Shown one piece after another: positions 47,627-56,983 of a stretch of 64,000 nt of DNA (position 1 is its first letter; the number at the start of each line of letters is the position of its first letter). This DNA comes from Candidatus Latescibacterota bacterium. Lineage in GTDB: Bacteria > Latescibacterota > UBA2968 > GCA-2709665. A program made the position numbers and the translations under genes. The stretch is taken from positions 4,064,001-4,128,000 of the forward strand of contig OZ252100.1 of the NCBI GenBank assembly GCA_965248435.1, written 5' to 3'. Under the pieces are notes generated by a model. It searched no databases. It was given only the letters and a program-made list of their open reading frames with translations, and had not been told where the DNA came from.

Positions 47627-47728
47627 AGTCGAATGGGAAATGTCCGTAGAGGAGCTTGTTGAGGGAAGATCACGAGGGGGTTGCGTCGTCGCGGTGCAGC
47701 CCCCTTATTTCTATCCAGGTTGACGGCG
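47627..47728 (+). repeat. Hairpin element, copy d (longest)
   Basis: AGTCGAATGGGAAATGTCCGTAGAGGAGCTTGTTGAGGGAAGATCA...GGGGTTGCG...TGCAGCCCC...TTATTTCTATCCAGGTTGACGGCG. Confidence 0.8.
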
Positions 47729-47757
47729 TCTGATTTCAAAATTCCCGGAGTGAATAA

Positions 47758-49500
47758 ATGAAAGTAAGGATTTGGCACAGCGAACTCTTTGTGCCGCTAT
47801 TCATATTCACGGTGCTCTCCGTGCTGTTTTGCCATTCGATCCTCTCGAATCTCACGGCCTGGGGAATTCTGGACTGGGACCAGCATTTCTTTTACCACGC
47901 CGTACCGCGAGAGACGATCGTGCGATACCATCAGTTTCCTCTGTGGAATCCCTATTACTGCGGGGGCAACGTGATGCTAGCGAACATGCAGGCGCGATTT
48001 CTGTCTCCAACTTTCTTATTCCCCTTGCTCTTTGGAACGGTTGTCGGCGTCAAGATTGACATCGTTTTTCACATTATCGTTGGAATGTTCGGGATGTTCC
48101 TTTTGAGTAGACACTTCAGTATGGGGCCAATTTCCAGCACCCTGCCGTCTTTCATCTTTATGCTGAGTGGTATGTATGCATTGCACCTAAAGGTTGGGCA
48201 CACGTGGTTCATGGCGATCGCGTATCTCCCGTACGTCGTATACTTTTACCTTTTGGGACTCGAACGATTTCAGTACAGCATCATCGCGGGGGCATTTGTC
48301 GCGCTGATGATTTTTGAAGGCGGGATTTACGCCGCACCACATTCGATGCTTCTTCTTCTATTTTTTTCAGTTTTGTATGCCCTTTTTTCAGAATTTGGTA
48401 GAGCCGCGCCTCTGAAAGCATTCGGCATTGTTGTCCTGTTTACGGTCCTATTCAGCGCTGTTAAACTGCTTCCCACGATGGAGTTCTTCTTTCAACATCC
48501 AAGATTGATCGAATCGAGCGATTTTATACCTCCAAAATTGTTTTATTACATCTTTTTGTTTCGAACCCAACACGTAACTATCCACGCCGGTCAGCCCTAT
48601 GGGTGGTGGGAATATGGGAGCTACATCGGTTTCATTCCGATGTTGTTGGGCATCATTGGAATTTTGCTCTACTTCCGTCAACAAATTGTCTTGATTTTGG
48701 CTGGCAGCGCATTTTTTCTCCTGGGGGTGGGAGATTTTGGAAGCATGTCACCCTGGCACTGGCTGCATCGCTTGCCGGTCTTCAGCTCCCTTCATGCGCC
48801 TTCGCGGTTTTTTATCGTATTTATTTTCATGCTCTCGATCATGGCAGGGTTTTGCCTTTCAAGATTGGAAGTCTATGCCTTTAAGGGAAGTAACTGGAAA
48901 AAATGGGTCGGTCCGGTCGCTTCCCTGGCTCTGGTCGTTCTAGTGGTATGCGACCTCTTCTTGGTGAACGGCAAAATACTTGCATTCGCTTTTACCGATC
49001 CAGCTCAGTCACCTCAACGCAATGAACAGTTTCGTCAAATCATTGGCCATCGCGATGCGATGTATTCGGCGTTTCTGAGAAACGAAGGAACACTCAAATG
49101 CTATGAGCCGACCCACTTTCCCATCAAAGCAATCCCTTTCGAAACCCCTAATTATAAGGGTGAGGTATTCCTTGACGGCGAGAATGGAAAGGCTGATATC
49201 GAAACCTGGTCACCCAACAAAGTCGTTGTAAATATTGATGTTAATAGGGAATCCCGCCTACTGCTCAACCAAAATTATGCTAAAGGCTGGAAGGCGAGCC
49301 AGAACAGGGAAGTAGAGTCCTACAAAGGCCTGGTCTCCACAAAGGTGACGCCAAAGGATACACAGATTACGTTCTACTATTTGCCAGACAGCTTTATCGT
49401 TGGCACCATTCTTTCATTTTTTGGAATTGGCCTGGCTTTCTTCCTTACACGGTACGCACGGGATTCAAAGATAGGTCCTGAAACGAGAACAGCTGATTGA
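47758..49500 (+). CDS. Polytopic membrane protein, GT-C / YfhO-like glycosyltransferase
   Basis: DWD, FPLWNPY.CGG..LAN.Q, EY..YIG, P.RF and NY..GW motifs; many TM segments. Confidence 0.75.
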   Translation: MKVRIWHSELFVPLFIFTVLSVLFCHSILSNLTAWGILDWDQHFFYHAVPRETIVRYHQFPLWNPYYCGGNVMLANMQARFLSPTFLFPLLFGTVVGVKIDIVFHIIVGMFGMFLLSRHFSMGPISSTLPSFIFMLSGMYALHLKVGHTWFMAIAYLPYVVYFYLLGLERFQYSIIAGAFVALMIFEGGIYAAPHSMLLLLFFSVLYALFSEFGRAAPLKAFGIVVLFTVLFSAVKLLPTMEFFFQHPRLIESSDFIPPKLFYYIFLFRTQHVTIHAGQPYGWWEYGSYIGFIPMLLGIIGILLYFRQQIVLILAGSAFFLLGVGDFGSMSPWHWLHRLPVFSSLHAPSRFFIVFIFMLSIMAGFCLSRLEVYAFKGSNWKKWVGPVASLALVVLVVCDLFLVNGKILAFAFTDPAQSPQRNEQFRQIIGHRDAMYSAFLRNEGTLKCYEPTHFPIKAIPFETPNYKGEVFLDGENGKADIETWSPNKVVVNIDVNRESRLLLNQNYAKGWKASQNREVESYKGLVSTKVTPKDTQITFYYLPDSFIVGTILSFFGIGLAFFLTRYARDSKIGPETRTAD

Positions 49501-49579
49501 CGAGTCATGATTGAACCCCATGGAAACTTTGTGTTTCTAAGATCACGCCTGTATAGCAGGCAAAGGTGGAGCTGATTTT

Positions 49580-50701
49580 ATGGGTCACCCTTCCCGAATC
49601 AACATGGCTGCTTTGAAGCAGGGTATGAAAGCTGAAGGCCTGGATGTCTTGCTGGCCGTATCTCAAGAGAATTTCTTTTACGTTACAGATACGTTATTGC
49701 TGTCACAGAAAATCCTTCCCACCCGACTCTGCATGGCCGTTCTGCCCAGGGATGGACCGCCTGCAGCCCTCGTTTGTTACTGCGAAGAGCTTCAAACACG
49801 GCAGGACTCCTGGATCACTGACATTCATACTTACCTGGAATTTCAGGAAAGCCCTGTGCAGGTCCTGGCCGAATTCCTGAAGGAGCGAGGGTTCGAGGCC
49901 GAGCGCATCGGGATCGAGAAGGAGTTCCTGGCCGCCTGCTACGTTGAGGAGCTGGCCGCCCTGCTGCCGGAGGCGACATGGGTCGGGGCGGATCGCGTGT
50001 TCGACACGGCCCGGGCTATCAAGACCGATACCGAGATCGCGCTTATGACCGAGGCGGCGAGGCTTACGGAGCAGGCGATTCTGGAGACGTTCGAGGAGGC
50101 CAAGCCTGGCGATACAGAGAAGGAGATGGCTGACGTCCTGTGCACTCGCATTCTCAACGCGGGCGCAACCTCGCACTTTATCACCCTTGTCGCAGGGGCA
50201 AATACGGCCATCAATCACCCTTTCCCCGGGTCCAAGCCGCTCGCGCAGGGGGAAATCCTGCGGGTCGATGTCGGGGGCACGTTCAAGGGCTATCAATCTG
50301 ACATGGCCCGGACCGCGGCGATCGGCGCGTCCACGGAGGAGCAAAGATCGACTTACAAGCGTCTGCGGGAGGCGCAGCGAGAGGCTATTGCCGCCGCGCG
50401 GCCGGGGGTGAGGGCGGGTGACCTCTACGGGGTGTGTAAGCGCGCACTCGAACAGGGCGGCCTGTCCATCACCAGCCAGTCGGTCGGCCACGGATTCGGG
50501 ATCGGGCTTCACGAGTTTCCGGTGCTTCACGCCAACGAAAATGCGGAAATCAAACCGGGCATGCTGCTCTGTATCGAGCCGGCGGTAAAGGACTCGAAGG
50601 GATTTCTGTATCACATCGAGGACCTTCTCGTCGTCACGGAGGGGGACCCCGAAATCCTGACAACCGTGATGGATACAGAGGATCTCTTCGTCATCTGTTG
50701 A
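49580..50701 (+). CDS. M24 Xaa-Pro aminopeptidase family protein
   Basis: RVDVG...GYQSD.ART, GHG.G..LHE.P, IEP and HIED motifs. Confidence 0.92.
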   Translation: MGHPSRINMAALKQGMKAEGLDVLLAVSQENFFYVTDTLLLSQKILPTRLCMAVLPRDGPPAALVCYCEELQTRQDSWITDIHTYLEFQESPVQVLAEFLKERGFEAERIGIEKEFLAACYVEELAALLPEATWVGADRVFDTARAIKTDTEIALMTEAARLTEQAILETFEEAKPGDTEKEMADVLCTRILNAGATSHFITLVAGANTAINHPFPGSKPLAQGEILRVDVGGTFKGYQSDMARTAAIGASTEEQRSTYKRLREAQREAIAAARPGVRAGDLYGVCKRALEQGGLSITSQSVGHGFGIGLHEFPVLHANENAEIKPGMLLCIEPAVKDSKGFLYHIEDLLVVTEGDPEILTTVMDTEDLFVIC

Positions 50702-50774
50702 CGACTACACACTCAGAGCATAGTCAGGTCACTGGAGTTTTGACCGTCGAGACCACTAAAGGAGACGTTTGAAC

Positions 50775-52124
50775 ATGCTTTATCACAGATTGAGGGATCT
50801 CGATGCGCGAGGTGAAACCGTTCAGGTCGGGTTGATCGCCGCCGGAACGTTCGGTACCCAGGTTGTAGCTCAAATGTCCCACGCCGCGGGCATGCGCATT
50901 GCCGCCATCGCCGAACTGGACGCACAAAGGGCTTTGCGTGCCTACGACCTCGGGGGCATCTCGAGTGATCAGGTCGCGACAGCGGAGACGCCCGAAGAGA
51001 TCGACGCTGTCATCGCCTCGGGGCGCCCTGCGGTCGTCGCGAGTGCCCAGGCCCTGATGGAAAGCGGAGTCGACGTCGTCATCGAAGCGACGGGCAATGT
51101 CGAGGCGGGTGCGTCGCACGCTCGCTACGCCATCGCACAGGGAAAACACGTCGTCATGGTTACCGTGGAGGCGGACGTCGTCGTGGGCCATCAACTGGGG
51201 AAACTCGCGGATGATGCCGGCGTGCTCTACAGCGCGGCATACGGCGATGAACCGTCTCTCGCCCTGGAGCTCTGGGACTGGGCCAGTGCCCTCGGTTTTA
51301 GAGTGATTGCCGCGGGCAAGGGCACGCGATTCATGACCGCGTTCAGGAAGGCGAATCCGGATGATGTGCCGAAGTTGTACGGTTTCACCGGCAAGGATTA
51401 CAATGCCCAGATGTTCGGCTCATTCCTCGACGGCACGAAGCACGCCATAGAGATGGCGGCCCTGGCAAATATGAGCGGTCTGGTCCCCGACGTACGCGGC
51501 ATGCACTTCCCGTCCGTCGATCTCAGAGAAATTCCCGATAAGCTCTGCCACCGGGACAAAGGGGGCATTCTCGGGCAGGAGGGCGTCGTCGAAGCGATCA
51601 GCTCCATCGATTCGAACGACGTGGCCGTCGAACGGAGTCTCCGAGGAGGACTCTACTGCGTCGTCGATGGTCAGACGCCTTTCATCATCGAATCCCTGGG
51701 TTCGTACGGCGAGCTCATCGGCCAGTTCATCGGCGAACGCAGCGGCTATTCTATGATCTACAGACCGCAGCACTGGTGCGGACACGAGATGCCCATAACC
51801 ATCGCGCGAATGATGCTGAACAACGAGACCTGCGGGAGGCCGATCGGCCAGTTCGCCGAAGTCGTATCCGCTGCCAAGAAGCCTCTCCCTGCAGGCACAG
51901 TCCTGGACGGCGAAGGCGGCTACTGCGTCTACGAACTGATCGAGAAGGCCGCCCTGGCGAGGGAGGAAAACCTGCTCCCTGTGGGACTCTCTCAGGGCGC
52001 GGTCGTGAGCCGCGACATTCCCGAAGACGGCGTGGTGACCTACGACGATGTAGAACTCCCCGACTCTGAGGTCCTCGAGTTGAGGAGGCTTCAGGACGCG
52101 GTCGTCTCCGAAGCATGCGTGTAA
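50775..52124 (+). CDS. NAD(P)-dependent oxidoreductase with a C-terminal SAF domain
   Basis: GLIAAGTFG, EATG, GDEP, F.DGTK..EM and AKK.L.AG..LDGEGGY motifs. Confidence 0.88.
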   Translation: MLYHRLRDLDARGETVQVGLIAAGTFGTQVVAQMSHAAGMRIAAIAELDAQRALRAYDLGGISSDQVATAETPEEIDAVIASGRPAVVASAQALMESGVDVVIEATGNVEAGASHARYAIAQGKHVVMVTVEADVVVGHQLGKLADDAGVLYSAAYGDEPSLALELWDWASALGFRVIAAGKGTRFMTAFRKANPDDVPKLYGFTGKDYNAQMFGSFLDGTKHAIEMAALANMSGLVPDVRGMHFPSVDLREIPDKLCHRDKGGILGQEGVVEAISSIDSNDVAVERSLRGGLYCVVDGQTPFIIESLGSYGELIGQFIGERSGYSMIYRPQHWCGHEMPITIARMMLNNETCGRPIGQFAEVVSAAKKPLPAGTVLDGEGGYCVYELIEKAALAREENLLPVGLSQGAVVSRDIPEDGVVTYDDVELPDSEVLELRRLQDAVVSEACV

Positions 52125-52140
52125 GGGAATAGGTTACGAT

Positions 52141-52740
52141 ATGTTCTACAAATCAGACCAACCAGATATCCCGCCGGGGTTGATCAACAGCTGCGATGTT
52201 CCAAGGTCTATATTCTGGGTTACCTCGCAGGATCTCGACGGAATCGTAAACGCCGCCCCTTATAGTTTCTCTGGGGCAGTCGCCTACAGACCCCCACAGG
52301 TCTTTTTTTCCGCCACCGGATTGGGAAGGCGCGGCGGAGAGAAGGACTCCGTGGCCAACGTGAGGGCGACAGGGGAGTTCGTCGTAAACTTCCCCACCTA
52401 CGAAAGTCGCGAACAGATGAACGTAACGAGCGCGAACGTGGATCCGGAGATCGACGAACTGGCGCTCGCGGGACTGGAGAAAGTGGCGTCGACACTCGTA
52501 AAGCCGCCTGGGATCAAGGTATCGCCCATCAGGTTGGAGTGTCGGTTGAGTCAGATCGTGACCCTTTCCGGAGATCACAATACGCTGGTGATTGGAGAGG
52601 TTTTGGGCTACCATATTCAGGACCAATACCTTAAGGATGGTCAGGTCGATTGGGTTGCTTATCGACCGATCGCGAGGATGGGGAGAGCGGATGGGTACAC
52701 CGTGGTGGATGATGTGTTCTTTATGCAGAGGCCGGGATAG
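52141..52740 (+). CDS. Flavin reductase-like (FMN split-barrel) protein
   Basis: VPR.I.WV.S..G..NAAPYSF, KD...N...TGEFVVN and LEC motifs. Confidence 0.9.
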   Translation: MFYKSDQPDIPPGLINSCDVPRSIFWVTSQDLDGIVNAAPYSFSGAVAYRPPQVFFSATGLGRRGGEKDSVANVRATGEFVVNFPTYESREQMNVTSANVDPEIDELALAGLEKVASTLVKPPGIKVSPIRLECRLSQIVTLSGDHNTLVIGEVLGYHIQDQYLKDGQVDWVAYRPIARMGRADGYTVVDDVFFMQRPG

Positions 52741-52758
52741 GGAAAACCCGTATCTCGG

Positions 52759-52800
52759 ACCTAACCCCCCCGGCCCCCCTTCCCTAAAGGGAAGGGGGGA
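52759..52800. repeat. CCTAACCC-type REP-like hairpin
   Basis: CCTAACCCCCCCGG CCCCCTTCCC TAAA GGGAAGGGGG. Confidence 0.65.
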
Positions 52801-52873
52801 GCGGTGAGGATCATCGCGAACTCTCACGCAAGGGAAACGGGAAGTTGATTTCAGCTGCTCAAGCAGGAGGGAA

Positions 52874-53842
52874 ATGAGCCGATCTGAAACCATCCTGAAT
52901 TCGGCGATCGACTCGATCGGTGAAACACCTCTTGTCGAGCTCTCGAGACTCACGAAAGATGTGGATGGCCGGATCCTGGCCAAGATGGAGTACCTGAATC
53001 CGGGACTCTCCAAGAAGGACCGGATCGCGCGTCAGATGATCGAGGACGCCGAGGCAGAGGGTACGCTGAAGCCCGGACAGACGGTCGTCGAGCTGACGAG
53101 CGGAAATACAGGCACTGGACTGGCGATCGTGTGCGGCATAAAGGGCTATCCGTTCGTTGCGGTGATGTCGAAAGGGAACTCGTCGGAACGTTCCCGCATG
53201 ATGCGCGCGCTGGGCGCAGAAGTCGTTCTGGTGGATCAACTTCCGGATTCAAGACCGGGTCAGGTGTCTGGCGAGGATCTGGAGCTTGTCGAGCAGGCGG
53301 CCCAGCGAATCGTCGAAGAACGCGGTGCGTTTCGGGCCGATCAGTTCCGGCTCACAGGTAATGTGCGCGCCCACACCCTGCACACCGGGCCGGAGATTAT
53401 CCGGCAGTCGGCCGGTGCGTTCGATGTTTTCTGCGATTTCGCAGGTTCGGGCGGATCCTTCGCCGGATGCGCCGCCGCGTTCAAGGCGCACAACGCATCG
53501 ATTCAGTGTTTCATCGTCGAGCCGGAGGGGACGGCGATCCTCTCGGGTGAGCCAGTCACACATCCGAATCACCGCATCCAGGGGGGCGGCTACGCCATAG
53601 CCGATCTACCTCTGCTCAGGCCTGAACATATCGACGGCTACGTCACCGTCACGGACGAGGAGGCCCGCCAAACGGCGCGCCGCCTGGCCAAGGAGGAGGG
53701 CATCTTTGCGGGGTTCTCGTCGGGCGCCAATGTTTCAGCGGCACTGGAGCTGCTTCAGACGACCTGCAAGGACAAGACGATCGTCGTGTTGCTGAATGAT
53801 TCCGGGCTGAAGTATTTGAGCACCGACCTGTGGAACGAATAA
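52874..53842 (+). CDS. PLP-dependent cysteine synthase family protein
   Basis: IGETPLV, EYLNPG.SKKDR, TSGNTG, EGIFAGFSSGAN and DSG.KYLS motifs. Confidence 0.92.
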   Translation: MSRSETILNSAIDSIGETPLVELSRLTKDVDGRILAKMEYLNPGLSKKDRIARQMIEDAEAEGTLKPGQTVVELTSGNTGTGLAIVCGIKGYPFVAVMSKGNSSERSRMMRALGAEVVLVDQLPDSRPGQVSGEDLELVEQAAQRIVEERGAFRADQFRLTGNVRAHTLHTGPEIIRQSAGAFDVFCDFAGSGGSFAGCAAAFKAHNASIQCFIVEPEGTAILSGEPVTHPNHRIQGGGYAIADLPLLRPEHIDGYVTVTDEEARQTARRLAKEEGIFAGFSSGANVSAALELLQTTCKDKTIVVLLNDSGLKYLSTDLWNE

Positions 53843-53895
53843 ACCCGTATCTCGTATTTAGTATCTCGTATCTCGGAGGACTCGTCATCTCACTG

Positions 53896-53953
53896 GGCCC
53901 TCACCCCGCCTTCGCTTCGCTCAGGCACTCCTCTCCCGCACGCAGGAGAGGGG
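53896..53953. repeat. CCCTCACCC-type REP-like half element
   Basis: GGCCCTCACCC...CGCTTCGCTC...CCTCTCCC...GGAGAGG; related to 3935-3990. Confidence 0.7.
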
Positions 53954-54005
53954 ACTTGTGTCCTTAACACCCGTTCTGAGAAGAACCTTTCCAGCGGAGG
54001 TCCAA

Positions 54006-54665
54006 ATGACAAAATATCTGACTTTCCTCCACACGCTGCCCGCGTTCGTAGATACGTTCAATGGTCTGCTTGAAGCGCGGTCTCTTCCTTTAGATGCGAC
54101 GCACGTTGTGGACGAGAATCTTCTGAGAGACGCCAGAGAAGCGGGCGAGATCACAGATGAGATAGACAGCGCGGTCTCCATCCATATCGGGAAGGCTGCT
54201 GCGGATGGCGCGAAGGTGGTCCTTTGTACATGCTCGACTATTGGTGGTAGTGCCGAGCAGGTTCAACTTCCAGACTGCCGGGTCATCCGTGTCGACCGGC
54301 CGATGGCAGACAAGGCTGTCGAGATCGGCACTGTGATTCTCGTTGCCGCAGCCCTGGAGAGTACGATCGGCCCTACCGGGGAGTTGATTCAAGACTCCGC
54401 GAGACGAGCGGGTAAGCAGGTGAAGATCAGGGAGGTCGTCTGTGAGGGTGCGTGGGATCGATTCGAGCAGGGTGACAACGAGGGGTATCACGAGCGTATC
54501 GCGGAATCCCTGAGGGCGAACGTGGAAGGATGCGATGTGGTTGTGCTCGCGCAGGCTTCGATGGCGGGCGCCGCGAAGCTGTGTGAGGATCTCCCCGTCC
54601 CAGTGCTCAGCAGCCCGGAGTTAGGAATGGCGGCAGCGATCGAAGCGCTGGAAGCTCTGGAGTGA
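54006..54665 (+). CDS. Asp/Glu/hydantoin racemase family protein
   Basis: LCTCSTIG, RVDRPM, VLAQASM and VLSSP motifs. Confidence 0.85.
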   Translation: MTKYLTFLHTLPAFVDTFNGLLEARSLPLDATHVVDENLLRDAREAGEITDEIDSAVSIHIGKAAADGAKVVLCTCSTIGGSAEQVQLPDCRVIRVDRPMADKAVEIGTVILVAAALESTIGPTGELIQDSARRAGKQVKIREVVCEGAWDRFEQGDNEGYHERIAESLRANVEGCDVVVLAQASMAGAAKLCEDLPVPVLSSPELGMAAAIEALEALE

Positions 54666-54677
54666 CTTTTTTCGCGA

Positions 54678-55814
54678 CTAAACAAAGGCCTTGAGCATCG
54701 CGCTGGGGTAGCCCAGATTGATGGCCGCTGAAAGGGCGCCGCTTCTGACGGCAAAGTTGACGTGAAGGGTGACGTCATCAGGTTCGGGCGCGTTGGTTTG
54801 ATGCGGAACCGGAACTGCTGCAAGGGCCCACTGCCAGTTTATGTTTCTGATATCGAACGGGTAGACAGGATTCCATTCGTCGACCAACGCCTGCCCCAAA
54901 TCGCGTATCGAATCCTCTATAGTCTCGGACATGCTCCAGAACTCTTCTATGGATAGACGAGGCACTTCGTTTTTGTCCTCCTGGACCCGGCCCGAGAGAC
55001 TTGACCACAAAGCCATTCCCAGAGACCAGGATAGATCCACTTCCACGCAGCCCTTCGCAGGACTTATCGCGCAACTCCACGTGTAGCGGGGATCCGGTAA
55101 GAATTTGTGGAACTGAGCGTAGCTGCCGACGCGCTGGAACTCCACCGATACTGTCACTCCCCTCCCGAGGTCACGTGTGAGAATCTCTCCGACTCGATCC
55201 GCCAACCGCTTGTGAATCTCCTTCAATCTCCCAGAACGTTTTCGTAGCTTATCGGCAAGATCCTCGTCGGTGAGGTCCTGTGTCCACCACTGGTCCGGCA
55301 GGGACGTGAGGGGTTTCCAGACGTAGACGGCGTTCGAAAATTCGGCCAACACGCGATATCCAGCGGTTTTGAACAGCGCGGAGCAGACCGCGTCGTCGGG
55401 TGGGAGCCGGGCTGCGACTGTGTCCAGCTCAAATTCGCTCAGTTTCTTCTCCAGAACCCGGAGGGTGGATTCCAGGTAGTCTCTCAGCGGGAAGGCGTCG
55501 TAGATCTGGTATCCAGACAGCCAGGCACCCTTGATTCCGTGTTTGCGAAGACCGGTGTCGAACTGTACCTCGCCGACTCGCTGCTGATTGATGCGGTCGA
55601 TAACGAAGTAGGTGTGCTGGTTCCTGGTCGCAAGTCCATCCGGCCAGTATGTATCAAACTCTTTTTCAGCTTTTCGCTCGGCATCTTCAGCCGCGGCGAG
55701 ACCATCTCTGATGAATCCGTCGGCGTAGTCTTGAATGGCCTTTTTACGGAGCTGGCGAAACTCATCCTGATTCATGCTTACTAATTCGACGATGTCAGAA
55801 TCGTGTGTGCTCAT
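54678..55814 (-). CDS. Fusion of a degenerate YycN-like GNAT domain and a FliM-middle (CheC-like) domain
   Basis: N-terminal M..EF...DYA....G....A...A..EF...PDGLAT...ALF..GY; C-terminal IH.RLA....L...L...V.VSV.....Y..F...LP.P...W.PV...IN.GYP..ML; start uncertain. Confidence 0.65.
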   Translation of the reverse strand: MSTHDSDIVELVSMNQDEFRQLRKKAIQDYADGFIRDGLAAAEDAERKAEKEFDTYWPDGLATRNQHTYFVIDRINQQRVGEVQFDTGLRKHGIKGAWLSGYQIYDAFPLRDYLESTLRVLEKKLSEFELDTVAARLPPDDAVCSALFKTAGYRVLAEFSNAVYVWKPLTSLPDQWWTQDLTDEDLADKLRKRSGRLKEIHKRLADRVGEILTRDLGRGVTVSVEFQRVGSYAQFHKFLPDPRYTWSCAISPAKGCVEVDLSWSLGMALWSSLSGRVQEDKNEVPRLSIEEFWSMSETIEDSIRDLGQALVDEWNPVYPFDIRNINWQWALAAVPVPHQTNAPEPDDVTLHVNFAVRSGALSAAINLGYPSAMLKAFV

Positions 55815-56151
55815 ATTCGATCGATGACCTATGGATTCAACGGTTGCGGGCCCTGTCCGGACGCATTGGGGCAAGAAAGAAGGGCCTGGGCAACAGATCT
55901 GTCAAGTGGTCGCAGACAGGGCGGCGGCCTCTCTCGCCGGCGGTCTGCTTTACGAATGGAACACGGCCTCGCCGTGGGGTTCGTGCTCATCGTCTCCGCG
56001 ATGGCCCTTGTTGTCGCCGGGGTCTTTGTCCGGGATCCGAAGCGTGCAGAGGTTTGATGGTAACGGAAGGCATAGAGGATATCTTCGAGATAACCAACTG
56101 CAAGCGGGAAAACGTCGGTTTAGGCAGGCTCTTGGATGGACAGGTTGTCAA

Positions 56152-56925
56152 ATGATCGCTGATCCTTTCCACGTGATCGCCCACCGAGGGGCCAGCGCCT
56201 ACGCGCCGGAGAATACAATGGCCGCGTTTCGCAAGGCCCTCGAGCTGGGTGTTCCGGAAGTCGAAACGGATGTGAGGTTCACCAAAGACAAGAGACTGGT
56301 CCTTTTTCACGATCGTACGCTCGAGCGCACGACGGACGGCGCGGGCCCGCCGTCTGATCATACTCTGGAGGAACTTAAACAGCTGGACGCGGGCTCCTGG
56401 ATGGATCCTTCTGAGTATGAGGGTTTCGAGTGGAGAGAAAATTATTCGGGCGAGCGGCTGATCACCCTGGAAGAACTTTTGGACGTGTTCGGCGATAGTT
56501 TCGTTTACCACATCGAAATAAAGGATCGAACAGAAGGGCTGGTTGCTGCAGTGATCGACTGTATTCGAAGCCGCGGCCTGATCGATAAGGTCTATATCTA
56601 CATCCTGAATGAGGAAGCACACCTGTTTGAAGCAAAGCAGTTGGAACCGAAGGTTCTTACAGCCCTCGCTCCCAAACGCCAGCTGGAGGAACAGGGCACT
56701 CAAGCCATTGAGGCGGTCGCACGCAGAGGTCACGACATGGTGGTCTTTTCTGCGCTCAATCATCGACGAGAGTTTGTTGACCTTGCGCACCGTCTGAGCA
56801 TCGAGGCACGAAGCTCGGGCATACGAAACCGTGAGGATATGATAGAGGCCGTTGAGATCGGGTGTAACGGGATGACGATCAACTGGCCGGACTGGCTACT
56901 CGACTATCTCGGCGAGCAGAAGTAA
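56152..56925 (+). CDS. Glycerophosphodiester phosphodiesterase
   Basis: IAHRGASAYAPENT, ETDV..TKD, FHD and HIEIK motifs. Confidence 0.92.
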   Translation: MIADPFHVIAHRGASAYAPENTMAAFRKALELGVPEVETDVRFTKDKRLVLFHDRTLERTTDGAGPPSDHTLEELKQLDAGSWMDPSEYEGFEWRENYSGERLITLEELLDVFGDSFVYHIEIKDRTEGLVAAVIDCIRSRGLIDKVYIYILNEEAHLFEAKQLEPKVLTALAPKRQLEEQGTQAIEAVARRGHDMVVFSALNHRREFVDLAHRLSIEARSSGIRNREDMIEAVEIGCNGMTINWPDWLLDYLGEQK

Positions 56926-56983
56926 TTTGAGTGGTGAGCATCCGGAGTCGATTCGAATCACGTGTATCTAATAGGAGACGACG

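Noticed and set aside
47627-47660. AGTCGAAT...GTCCGTAGAGGAGC as a tRNA 3'-end fragment (att site)
   Set aside because: There is no GTTCRA T-loop, the spacing to the would-be acceptor end does not fit, and there is no CCA or cloverleaf.
55880-56057. Hydrophobic fragments (AAASLAGGLLYEW / GFVLIVSAMALVVAGVFVRDP) as the C-terminal remnant of an MFS transporter
   Set aside because: Plausible, but too short and frameshifted to support without a database search.
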